Shown piece by piece: positions 34,686-44,800 of a stretch of DNA of 64,000 nt. The stretch spans positions 1,943,849 to 2,007,848 of the forward strand of contig CBDBLX010000002.1 of NCBI GenBank assembly GCA_965207445.1, read 5' to 3'. The stretch comes from Nitrosopumilus sp. (GTDB lineage: Archaea; Thermoproteota; Nitrososphaeria; Nitrososphaerales; Nitrosopumilaceae). A model generated the notes under the pieces. It had not been told where the DNA came from, ran no database searches, and saw only the letters and a program-made list of their open reading frames with translations. Numbering within the stretch: the stretch's first letter is position 1; the number at the start of each line of letters is the position of its first letter. A program made the translations under genes and the position numbers.

Positions 34686-34871
34686 ATGAAGACATACATT
34701 GGAATCGACATTGGAAAGAAAAATGTGATTACTGCATAGTTGGAAGTAGAGGTAAGACTCTTGAACGTGAACAATACAATAACAACAGAGAGGATGCAAA
34801 GCAATTTGCAAATCAAATATTGAAAAAATATGGTACGAACAACCAGTGCACAACAGCATGCGAAACTACTG
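34686..34871 (+). pseudogene. IS110-family (DEDD RuvC-like) transposase N-terminal remnant
   Basis: aggaggtga RBS; MKTYIGIDIGKK then frameshift to CDYCIVGSRGKTLEREQYNN...ACETT; cut off by IS6 end. Confidence 0.75.
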
Positions 34872-34961
34872 ACGTGGCGACAAAATACTAGGTACGTGTC
34901 CGGATTGACTGCAACGGTTCAAATCTGTATTAAATTACCACCAACCGCGTTTGCAAGAGTC
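34872..34961. mobile_element. Solo IS6-family end, direct copy of 18329-18419
   Basis: acgtggcgacaaaatactag.tacgtgtccggattgact.caacggttcaaatctgtatta...caaccgcgtttgca. Confidence 0.8.
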
Positions 34962-34991
34962 ATTGAGAACATTTTTTCTCATCACAACACA

Positions 34992-37073
34992 CTATTGTAC
35001 AACAATACCAAGATCATCTTGTATCTCTTTGATTGCTCTGATTCCGTATATGTCTCGAACCTGTTGCATGTGCAGTGACTCTTTGAGTATCTTGACACCT
35101 ACACTCTTCTTTATTGTATCATACACGTCTGCAAATCGCACCTCCCATCTATCTGCACAATCAAACATTTTACTCAATGCCCATCTTTTCACATCTTGTG
35201 GTAAATCGTTTACTCTGTTTGACATTACATCTGCTACATGATTTACCGTTGTTTGGCCACCCTTTGCTTCTTGTTCACTGGAATTGTCTTTTGACATTAT
35301 TGTTGTGTCTCTTTCAAAAAGTACTATGATCTCTGCTGTTCGTCTTGCCATCTCTTTTATTACTGATATGTCTCCGTACTTTGACTCTGCATTCATTCTG
35401 ATTGCAGATTGATACTCTGAGAGTTTGAGCAACCTCGTGGATTCTGTAATTGAATCTTGTGCCACCCTTCCTGTTGCACCTCTTAGATCTTGTATATGGG
35501 TATATATGTTATCTATCTTTTTGTATACATTTGTAGTATCACTCTCTTGTCTTTGCAGTGCATCTGATGTATTGTGTAATTGTTGGTTTAGTTGCTGTAT
35601 GTTATCTTTAATATCTGTCTTTAATGTTGCCATGTCATCTTGTATTGTCTTGAGTCCTTTGTCTATCAGGTCGGTTGCATCTGCTCTTTGTACAAGTGAT
35701 TGTATCTCTGAGCGCATCTGCTTAATCTTCTCAGATATGGTCTGATATGCAACAATAGTTGACTTTGTTGTTGATTCATGTTTTGATACAATTTCGTTGA
35801 TTTGCGCTTGTAGTAAATCTGCATCTTGATTCATCTTATCCATATGTGATGTAATGTTTACTATACTATCACTTAGATTTCTTATATCCTGTGCGCCAAT
35901 GGCGCTCTGCGCAATCCCATCTACTGTGCTCGTAATCTTTTCAACTTTGTCTTGTAGTTGTTCTGCTAGAGTAGATTTAGACTCTACAATCTTGGTGAGT
36001 TCTTCTCTAAGTGACTTTATATTTACATCTGACTGTGCAATCCCATCTACTGTGCTCGTAATCTTTTCAACTTTGTCTTGTAGTTGTTCTGCTAGAGTAG
36101 ATTTAGACTCTACAATCTTGGTGAGTTCTTCTCTAAGTGACTTTATATCTACATCTGACTGTGTAATTTTTCCAACCGCATTTTTGATCTTTTCAATATC
36201 ATTTCTCAGTATATTTATTGTAGAACCTGATTGAGTCACATCAGTCATCTTTGATATCTCTGATCTCAGTGCGTCAATCTCTGCACTAGTTCCTGCAGCA
36301 GACGCTGATCGTGCAGCAACTATCTTTATCTCTTTTCTCACCGCATCTACTGCTTGTGAGAGGTTTGCTATTGCATCTGTACTCTCTTTGATCGTTTTCA
36401 CACCATCGCTGATCTTTTTTGTGATTGTCTTTGTGTTAGATGAGTTCTGTGCTTTTACATTTGTAGTAGATAATGCGGCAACGTCTTTTATCTGTTCTTG
36501 AAACTCAAGTACACGTTTTTCGAGTTTTTTGATTGCCTTTGATTGACCTCCGATCTCCTCTAGTCCAGAGAATAACCCTTGCGTCTCTTTCTTTAAATTT
36601 GATATCTGACGGGATTGTTTTTGAATCTGCAATAGTACTGCTGCTAGTGACTCAGACATGCCACTTATCGATGACATTCTCTTTTGATTGCCAGCAAATG
36701 TCTTTGAGATTGATTTTATCTCATTACGTAACTCTTCATTTAACTCCGTAATAGAGTTTATTTTCGATAGTACCTCAGGTGTTATTGTCTCTGTCTTTTG
36801 TGCTTGTTTTGTATTTTTTGTTTTTGTGGGCTTGCTGTGTTTTTTTGTCAAATCTTTATTTTTTTCTTGTGGTGTGTTTTTTTTATTATCTTGTTTTATT
36901 TTACTAGACTTGTTTTTTGTTGTCGCATTTATTCTTGTCTTTTTTGTTGTAGATGTTTGTGCAGTTGCATGTTTTGCATCATTTTTATTTTTGGCTGTAT
37001 TTGATGTACTCTTTTTCACTATCACTCGTGTTGTCATGATCTGTATTTTCAATTTGATTTTAAAAACATGCAC
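34992..37073 (-). CDS. Long coiled-coil protein with Lys/Thr-rich N-terminus (conserved thaumarchaeal type; start may be ATG ~37037)
   Basis: Heptad-rich sequence; C-terminal SEYQSAIRMNAESKYG...VKRWALSKMFDCADRWEVRF. Confidence 0.75.
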   Translation of the reverse strand: MHVFKIKLKIQIMTTRVIVKKSTSNTAKNKNDAKHATAQTSTTKKTRINATTKNKSSKIKQDNKKNTPQEKNKDLTKKHSKPTKTKNTKQAQKTETITPEVLSKINSITELNEELRNEIKSISKTFAGNQKRMSSISGMSESLAAVLLQIQKQSRQISNLKKETQGLFSGLEEIGGQSKAIKKLEKRVLEFQEQIKDVAALSTTNVKAQNSSNTKTITKKISDGVKTIKESTDAIANLSQAVDAVRKEIKIVAARSASAAGTSAEIDALRSEISKMTDVTQSGSTINILRNDIEKIKNAVGKITQSDVDIKSLREELTKIVESKSTLAEQLQDKVEKITSTVDGIAQSDVNIKSLREELTKIVESKSTLAEQLQDKVEKITSTVDGIAQSAIGAQDIRNLSDSIVNITSHMDKMNQDADLLQAQINEIVSKHESTTKSTIVAYQTISEKIKQMRSEIQSLVQRADATDLIDKGLKTIQDDMATLKTDIKDNIQQLNQQLHNTSDALQRQESDTTNVYKKIDNIYTHIQDLRGATGRVAQDSITESTRLLKLSEYQSAIRMNAESKYGDISVIKEMARRTAEIIVLFERDTTIMSKDNSSEQEAKGGQTTVNHVADVMSNRVNDLPQDVKRWALSKMFDCADRWEVRFADVYDTIKKSVGVKILKESLHMQQVRDIYGIRAIKEIQDDLGIVVQ
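35911..36162. repeat. 126-bp in-frame tandem duplication (42 aa = 6 heptads)
   Basis: gcaatcccatctactgtgctcg at 35911 and 36037. Confidence 0.85.
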
Positions 37074-37345
37074 ATTGCAAACGATTTGAACTCTTCTTGC
37101 ACACTTTACTGATGTAATATCTCAAACATCATGTTCAGCATCATCATAATGCAAGAAATAACTGTTGGTTTAACATCTCAAAATCTTTGGGCATTGATAC
37201 ATCCAAGACATTAGCATCTACCATGGACTTTATTGTATTTGATCAAATATATATTATACTATATTTATCCGTGAGTGTTTGTATAATTACTGACTGTTAA
37301 AATATTTTATCTATCTGACTTTGTAATCATTGCAAAAAATGTAAA

Positions 37346-38377
37346 TTGGAACTTTATACCCACAATGTGTTGGAATTTGAGATAATGTTACATGTTGCAG
37401 CTATTATTATTGCATCTGCAGTTGCCTTTGCAATTGTGCGTTTCATAACACCACTATTGATAAACCATCTTCAAAAGACCAGAAGCGTTGTGGTTGATGT
37501 GATGAAGCCAGATAAAGCAATGGTTGCACGACCTGCAGGTCCTGTTCTAATAATTGCTGTCTTGGCAGCAAGTTTTGTTTTGTATGCATTTTTTGAGTCA
37601 ATGGATATTCTTGCAGTACTACTAGTCACATTTGCCTGCTTTGTAATTGGATATATAGATGACAAAAAGGTGATGGGTGGATGGTTCAAGCCTTTGGCAC
37701 TTTTAGTTGCTGCTATTCCGATACTTGTCTTGGGTACATATGACTCTAATTTGTCATTTCCAATATTTGGAGACACACACATTCCATTACTGTATCTGAT
37801 TTTAGCACCTCTGATAATATGCATCACTGCTAACACTGCAAATTCCATTGATGTGATGAATGGCCTGCTTAGTGGATTTATGGCAATTACAGGTTTGGCA
37901 TTGACAATATCACTGTTCATACTCCAAAACTATGAGATGGCCATAATGTCATTGGTACTTGTGACTATATCACTTTCTTATTACAAGTATCACAAGATAC
38001 CCTGTAAAATATTTCCTGGCGACTCTGGCTCTCTGTTGTTTGGTGGAATGTATGGTGCAATTGCAATATGTGGAGGTGTGGAAATTATTGCAGCAGTGGC
38101 ACTATTGCCTGCAATAGTTAACTCTTTTTTGTTTCTTGCAAGTGTAAAAAAGATAGTCGATCACAGAAAAGTTGAGAAACAATCAACCATACTATCTGAT
38201 GATTACAAGATAAAGTGCTCACCAGAAAAGGGGGCATCAATAAGCTTGGTAGGACTAGTCACAGGATCTACATTTCATACAGAAAAACAAGTCGTCTTTG
38301 CAATATTCAAGCTTGCCGCATTATCTGGATGTTTAGCTGTTCTGAGTGCTATTTTGAGTGTATGGGGTTTTTGGTAG
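37346..38377 (+). CDS. MraY/GPT family (glycosyltransferase family 4) UDP-GlcNAc-1-phosphate transferase, AglH-like (start may be ATG 37385)
   Basis: IGYIDD, NTANSIDVMNGL, KIFPGDSGSL, multiple TM helices. Confidence 0.85.
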   Translation: MELYTHNVLEFEIMLHVAAIIIASAVAFAIVRFITPLLINHLQKTRSVVVDVMKPDKAMVARPAGPVLIIAVLAASFVLYAFFESMDILAVLLVTFACFVIGYIDDKKVMGGWFKPLALLVAAIPILVLGTYDSNLSFPIFGDTHIPLLYLILAPLIICITANTANSIDVMNGLLSGFMAITGLALTISLFILQNYEMAIMSLVLVTISLSYYKYHKIPCKIFPGDSGSLLFGGMYGAIAICGGVEIIAAVALLPAIVNSFLFLASVKKIVDHRKVEKQSTILSDDYKIKCSPEKGASISLVGLVTGSTFHTEKQVVFAIFKLAALSGCLAVLSAILSVWGFW

Positions 38378-38413
38378 ATTGATGAATGTTATCGATTCAG
38401 ATGATTATGTATA

Positions 38414-38701
38414 TTGTTGTACATTTTACATGTCAGTATATTCATATATGGTGAGATGATAGTACAGATGACAAACCTCAAGCCTCTTGTTATGTTTATT
38501 ATAATAATGTGGGCACTTATGCTAGTAGGTGGTGGCATATTGGTAATGTTGGTGGCACCAATTCAGATAGATTGTTGCAATGAACATGGACCACTTGCAT
38601 CATCCATACTCAAAGCTATAATAACTCTAGGACTAGTGATATTGTGGATCATTGTACTAGTCTGGATGAAGAGAATAATCTTGCATAGGACAGTGACATA
38701 G
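38414..38701 (+). CDS. Small two-TM membrane protein (start probably 38468)
   Basis: Two hydrophobic helices. Confidence 0.6.
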   Translation: MLYILHVSIFIYGEMIVQMTNLKPLVMFIIIMWALMLVGGGILVMLVAPIQIDCCNEHGPLASSILKAIITLGLVILWIIVLVWMKRIILHRTVT

Positions 38702-38895
38702 TTGTTAAGAAATGTGCAGTCAGATACCCCAGGTCTCTCTTTCTACATTACATTCAGCTGACCTGCTCATCATCCTGCAGTTATGTTGTTGTTTATTCTT
38801 GTCTTAAAGAGCGTTGTTTTGTTGTTGCTGCTACACAACTTTAAAATCTACAAAAAGACCACGATATTTTTAAATCTGTACAGTGATGTTATTAT

Positions 38896-40428
38896 GTGCT
38901 AAATCATCCACTCGTTACCGATACCACAAATGCAGATGAATCATCGGGATTTTTGAGCACTGCAATTGATCATCTCACACCTGATCTCATACACGTTAAC
39001 TTTGTAACTGACCTTGCAATTATAATGATAGTTGGAGCTGTAATCACACTTGCGTTTTTTAAGATACGTCAACCTTTGATTATTGGGTATCTGTTTGCAG
39101 GCATGCTGATAGGTCCATTGTCACCGTTTTGGTCTTGGGTACTGCCTGATGTAGTTGATACGTCTCATCTACAAGATGGTGGTGGTCCGGTTCAACTAGT
39201 TGGGCTAGTAGCTGACATCTCTGCGCTTAATCTGTTTGCTGAAATCGGAGTTATACTGTTATTGTTTGTAATTGGAATGGAGTTTCCATATGCCAAGATC
39301 AAGACCATGGGACGCTCTGCTGTTGGAATTGGCTCATTGGGACTTTTATCGACACTAGGCGTAGTATTCTTTGCAGCCACCTCACTTGGAATGGTCTTTA
39401 TGGATGCACTATTTTTAGCTGCTGCACTCTCAATATCAAGTACTGCTGTGATAGTCAAGTTATTTGAGGAGATGGGGCGCATAAAAGAAGAATCATCTGT
39501 ATTGGTTTTGGGCATATTGATTGTAGAGGATGTAATTGCTGTAATTTTGATATCTTCTTTGCAGTCAGTTGCACTTGTGGGCTCTGTATCCATAGAGTCA
39601 ATTATTGTAGTGGTCCTTGTTGCAACGGGCTTAATTGCAGGAACATTGTTGGTTGGAACGCGCATCATACCACACATGATAGACCGTGTGGCAGCAATTG
39701 AAAATCGTGAAATATTATTACTCAGTCTACTTGGCATCTGTTTTGGGTATGCATTATTTTCAAACTTGATGGGATTATCAGTTGCAATTGGAGCATTTCT
39801 TGCAGGTGTGTTGGTGGCAGAATCAAAGTCAGCAGAGGTGGCGCGCGTACTGTCAAATCCGATCAAAGACATGTTTGTTGCAATATTTTTCATATCTGTA
39901 GGTGCACTGATGGACATATCACAACTCAACGACTACATATGGTTAGCAATAGGACTCATTGCAGTTTCAATAGGTATGAAGTTTGGCGCTAATTTGGCAG
40001 GCAATATGATGTTTAGAATGAAGCGCAAAAAAGCACTGCGTTCGGCATTTATGCTTGCATCCCCACGTGGTGAGTTTTCTATTGTTATTGTAAAGGTTGG
40101 TGTGGATATAGGTGCAGTGAGTGCATTTGTGTTTCCTCTAATAGGGTTGATATCTATTGTGACATCTTTTTTGGCCCCATTCATTGTAAAAATTGGAGAC
40201 ATGATAGTATCAAAGACTGCAACTAGTGATGATGATGAAAAAGAGGATATTTCTGGTGATGGTGATGACTCTGATCAGACTATAACATCAATGCCCAGTG
40301 ATAATTATGCCGATCATGATGATCATAAAAAAGCAGAAAGTGAAAATAATATCACATCACATACAGATGCAGAGCCCATATACTCTGATGATGAATCTAG
40401 TGACACTAGTACTGTAAAAGGATCCTGA
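38896..40428 (+). CDS. Cation:proton antiporter (CPA2/KefB-like) with acidic tail
   Basis: IRQPLIIGYLFAGMLIGP, AEIGVILLLFVIG, SISSTAV, LIVEDV, GAFLAG, PRGEFS. Confidence 0.9.
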   Translation: MLNHPLVTDTTNADESSGFLSTAIDHLTPDLIHVNFVTDLAIIMIVGAVITLAFFKIRQPLIIGYLFAGMLIGPLSPFWSWVLPDVVDTSHLQDGGGPVQLVGLVADISALNLFAEIGVILLLFVIGMEFPYAKIKTMGRSAVGIGSLGLLSTLGVVFFAATSLGMVFMDALFLAAALSISSTAVIVKLFEEMGRIKEESSVLVLGILIVEDVIAVILISSLQSVALVGSVSIESIIVVVLVATGLIAGTLLVGTRIIPHMIDRVAAIENREILLLSLLGICFGYALFSNLMGLSVAIGAFLAGVLVAESKSAEVARVLSNPIKDMFVAIFFISVGALMDISQLNDYIWLAIGLIAVSIGMKFGANLAGNMMFRMKRKKALRSAFMLASPRGEFSIVIVKVGVDIGAVSAFVFPLIGLISIVTSFLAPFIVKIGDMIVSKTATSDDDEKEDISGDGDDSDQTITSMPSDNYADHDDHKKAESENNITSHTDAEPIYSDDESSDTSTVKGS

Positions 40429-40433
40429 TTGCA

Positions 40434-41024
40434 ATGTCACACAGAGACTCTGATGATAATTTTACTTTTGATTATCCTTACTCAAAAAGTGAATTTGCAA
40501 ATGACTATGTTGATATACCTGTTGAGTGGAAAGAATATCTTTGTGGTATTGGTAAGAATGTTGGTGATAAAGTTGGCGATGCTATACTTGTTGACTATAT
40601 GCCAGATGTACGAGTTCCATGTATAGTAATTGATGATTACAAGTATCGCTCGATTAACCGCGTATTGTGTGAGAACTCTGCTCGAATTGGTGTTGATCTG
40701 AATATATTTGATAATCATCGAGGAGTTGTGTTTGTAGAGATAGTTATGGACACGCCTCACTTTGCATCAACAAATCATGATGGAAAGTTTGATGCAAATG
40801 ACCTACATTTTGTTCAAGAGCACTTTATCTTAAATGCTAGAGAACACTTTTCATTTTTTAAGGCAATGGCAAATAGTATAATGATTGGGCTTTTGCCTCT
40901 GCATATGGATGACCCTGATGAGCAGACTGCCATAATGATCCAGTTTCCACGACCTGATCGTATAGCAAATTCGTTGGATTTGATAAAAAAGGGGTTAGGT
41001 AGGCGTAGAGATGAAACATTGTGA
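40434..41024 (+). CDS. Hypothetical protein
   Basis: 196-aa ORF directly after antiporter, normal codon composition. Confidence 0.65.
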   Translation: MSHRDSDDNFTFDYPYSKSEFANDYVDIPVEWKEYLCGIGKNVGDKVGDAILVDYMPDVRVPCIVIDDYKYRSINRVLCENSARIGVDLNIFDNHRGVVFVEIVMDTPHFASTNHDGKFDANDLHFVQEHFILNAREHFSFFKAMANSIMIGLLPLHMDDPDEQTAIMIQFPRPDRIANSLDLIKKGLGRRRDETL

Positions 41025-41043
41025 TGATGATGATGTGGGGTGT

Positions 41044-41164
41044 GTGATTGTAAATGGTGATTGTAAATGGTGATTGTAAATGGTGATTGTAAATGGTGAT
41101 TGTAAATGGTGATTGTAAATGGTGATTGTAAATGGTGATTGTAAATGGTGATTGTAAATGGTGA
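41044..41164. repeat. 13-bp minisatellite x9 downstream of tRNA-Gly
   Basis: gtgattgtaaatg repeated without spacers. Confidence 0.95.
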
Positions 41165-41189
41165 CTGTGGACAATTTCTTGATTTACAA

Positions 41190-41263
41190 TGCAGTTACCG
41201 GGATTCGAACCCGGGTCGCGAACTTGGCAAGCTCGTATACTAACCAAACTATACTACAACTGC
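41190..41263 (-). tRNA. tRNA-Gly (GCC)
   Basis: GCAGTTG acceptor, TAGTATAGTTTGGTTAGTATA D arm, CGAGC-TTGCCAA-GTTCG anticodon arm, CCGGG-TTCGAAT-CCCGG T arm; no encoded CCA. Confidence 0.95.
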
Positions 41264-41612
41264 AATATTTCACTTTAAATGATTATTACTATTAAATTCT
41301 TTCAGAGAAAGATATCATTGCGTTAATTGGGTAAAAGTTACACCTTCTATGCATCCGGTCATCACAACACATGGATTCCATTCATAGACACGCCAGACTA
41401 GTTTAACCGTTCAACCCCCCGTGTGTACATGCGCCAGACGCTACGGTAAATTTGTGCCTAAATTTAAAATGAGTTGAACTTATGAAAGCAACGACTCTGA
41501 TAAAATCATGATTTTATGTGTTTTAATTACCCATGTACAAATGTACTAAATTGTCATTAGAATGGATAATAGTAATTAAAAAATAAAAAACAACAACGAC
41601 ACAATATCAGAA

Positions 41613-41858
41613 TTATTGTTGATCTTCAGAGTCAAGTATCGAGACCATTAATATATTATCACCGCGCAACAGTACAGAATCAAGTTTGTCAGAAACAACA
41701 CTGCCATCTTGCAACGTCTGACTGACAGAATCAAGTTTCATAGTCATATGTATATCAAAATCTCGCAACACACCCCTAACTACATTACCATTTCGCAATT
41801 TTATCATTAGCCTGTGATCTTTTTGACTCTCAAGTAGTGCAGTTATATCATCAGTCAA
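41613..41858 (-). CDS. Sm-like (Lsm) RNA-binding protein
   Basis: IKLRNG..VRGVLRDFDIHM..L ... VLLRGDNILMV Sm1/Sm2 motifs. Confidence 0.9.
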   Translation of the reverse strand: MTDDITALLESQKDHRLMIKLRNGNVVRGVLRDFDIHMTMKLDSVSQTLQDGSVVSDKLDSVLLRGDNILMVSILDSEDQQ

Positions 41859-41898
41859 TCAATCATCACACTACCATGTAACTCAAAAACAACAATAA

Positions 41899-44800
41899 TT
41901 ACCGTTTCTTGCTCACCTGCATGTACAAATCCACAGTACCGCTTCCAATCGGTATGTTACTACCCACAATAACATTTTCTGTAATTCCCTTTAATTGCTC
42001 AATCTCACCACCCAATGCAGCGTGTGCAATTGTAGGTACAGTAATCTCAAATGCTGCGCGTGCAAGCACACTATCCTTTGTACCGGCAATGCCGTGTCGT
42101 CCAATCTGCTGCAAATAACCCCTAGAACACATCAAATCAGATACAAGCATGATATAACGATTATCAACCTCCAAACCTTGGTCTTCTAGTGTATTTTGTA
42201 GCTCAATTATTAGCGCATTTCGTGCAGCCTCAATACCAAGTGTCCCTGCAATATCAAATACATTATTAGTTCTAACTTTACGTTTGTTCACACCATCGAC
42301 TTTTAACAAATCAGACATATTAGAGCCAGTAGTCTGTATAATCCACTCACCACTCTTTTGCACCAAAGATACTCGCTCAACATCAGGCACACCCTTTACA
42401 GTCACCTTTCGTATCTTGTTTCGTAATTCAATTACCTTTTCAGTATTTGACTCTTCAACCAATTTTAAAACAAGCATATTTGCAGTAGTTTCGATCTTGA
42501 ATTTTTTGTTAGATGACAATACTGCCTCTACATCACCAATAGAACATCCACGAGATGCCATCTTTTGCTCATTGAGCACTAGTCTGATCTGAGTCAGATA
42601 ATCAGTGTCATGAGTCTCAAGTATATCATCTATTTTAGTTTGTAGTACATTCTTTGCTACCTCAATTGCACCCTCCCGTGAGTTTTTGTTCTCATCATCA
42701 AGATAGATATCCATAGTAGGCGTTACAGGCTTTTTACGAGCATCAACTAACTCTATGAGTCGTGGTAGACCCAGCGTGACGTTACGTTCTCTGATTCCTG
42801 CAAAGTGAAACGTTCGAAGCGTCATCTGTGTACCAGGCTCACCTATTGACTGTGCAGTTACGATACCAACTGCCTGTCCTGGCTCTACTTTGGCATTATT
42901 ATACAACATCAATCCCTTTTTACATACATCTTCTGCTCCAGATTTGCTCAGACCAGAACTATACAGTGCATCAGATACGAGTGATTTTAAACGTGGATTA
43001 AACGTCTTTGTATACTTTGCAATCAATGCTTCCAACTCTGACTTTTTGGCCTTGGCTCCAGTATCAACAATAGTCTGAGATTCAGTCAGCCTATGTGCGT
43101 TGAATGCCTCACCATGATCACTCTTTGCCACATCAATACCATCCTCACCATATAGGAACTGTATAATATGACCATGCGGATCCCTGACAGTACCATCATA
43201 CTCTAGTCGGATATGCTCAAGTGCATTTATGAGTCGACGCTGCATATATCCACTTTGTTGTGTACGAACAGCAGTGTCCACCAGCCCTTCACGTCCACCC
43301 ATTGCATGAAAGAAGAACTCTAGTGCAGAGAGTCCGTCTCTATAATTTGATTTGACAAATCCGTGTGCATCAGGATTGTTGTCATGACGTCTAAAGTGAG
43401 GCAATGCCCTATCACTATACCCGTCATTGAGTCTATTCCCACGCCTAGACTGTTGTCCCAAAGCACCTGCCATCTGTCCTACATTAAGTGACGAGCCACG
43501 AGCACCCGTAGTTGCCATTATCTTTCCAGCATTATCAGGTGCAAGTGAGTCATTTGCAGAAGAACCAGCACGATCACGTGCCTTGCCAAGCTCATTTACG
43601 ATATAGGCCTCAAGTGCCTCTTCAGGCTTCATGCCGCGAGTGACCTTTAAGGTACCATCGTTGTACTGATCAATGAAATCACTTACAGTACCATACGTCT
43701 GCTCTATATCACTCAATATGTTCTGACGGTCATCCTCAGGTACCTCCAAATCTCCCAACCCATAGCTAAATCCATAATGAGTGATAAACTGCTTTACCAT
43801 AATCAAAATAGAGTTCAAAAACTGCTTGCCAGTCTCATTGCCATAATCTTTGGCAATTCTATGCAACACACTCTCTGGCTCTTCTGCACCAATAGAGGTC
43901 TTGTCAATAACACCGCTTATCAACTCACCATTCTTAATCACAACATCATTTTGCTTGCCCTTTGTGCCTTTTGACCACTTTGAGGTCATGACATAATTAA
44001 AGTCTCGAGGCAAAAATAGTGAAAACAACTGCTTGCCAGTATACATCGAAGTCTTTTTGCCATCTGAGGTCTTTATGTTATCAACGGGTTTTGGTAATTT
44101 TCCTGTATAACCACCTAACATTGCAAGATTTGAGAATTCTTGTTTTGTGAGTAGTGTGTCGTCTTTTGTCATCAGATACGCGCCAGTCACAAAATCCCTC
44201 AGAGCTCCAATTATAGGACCGCCATATCTAGGGGATATCAATTGGTCTTGAACTCTCATTAATAGTATGGCCTCAGCACGTGCCTCTTCGCTCTGGGGCA
44301 CATGAAGATTCATTTCATCACCATCAAAATCAGCATTATATGGTGGACACACAGAAGGATGTAATCTGAACGTCTTACCAGGTAACACCTTTACATAATG
44401 TGCCATTATTGACATTTGGTGTAGCGACGGCTGCCTGTTGAACATTACGATATCACCATCAGACAAGTGACGCTCTACTCTGAATCCACGCTCCAAAGAT
44501 TCTGCAATTCCACTACGATCATCAACAAAGTCAAGTCGTATCTTTACTCCATCAGGTCTTACAATATAGTTAACACCAGGAAACTTTTCAGGGCCATTTA
44601 TAACCAGTTTACGTATATTCTCAATGTTCCATTCTGTGACTATTTCAGGTATTGTAAGCTTCATAGCAACACTCTCAGGAACTCCTACCTCCGATAGATC
44701 CAGATTCGGATCAGGGGATATTACAGTACGACTTGAAAAGTCCACACGTTTACCTGACAATGAGCCTCTAAACCTCCCCTCTTTTCCCTTTAGGCGTTGT

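Noticed and set aside
41044..41164. CRISPR array at the 13-bp (and 14-bp at 50992) repeats
   Set aside because: Head-to-tail repeats with no spacers: minisatellites
41190..41263. tRNA-Gly as integration site of the island
   Set aside because: No duplicated tRNA 3' end or integrase seen; flanked by core genes
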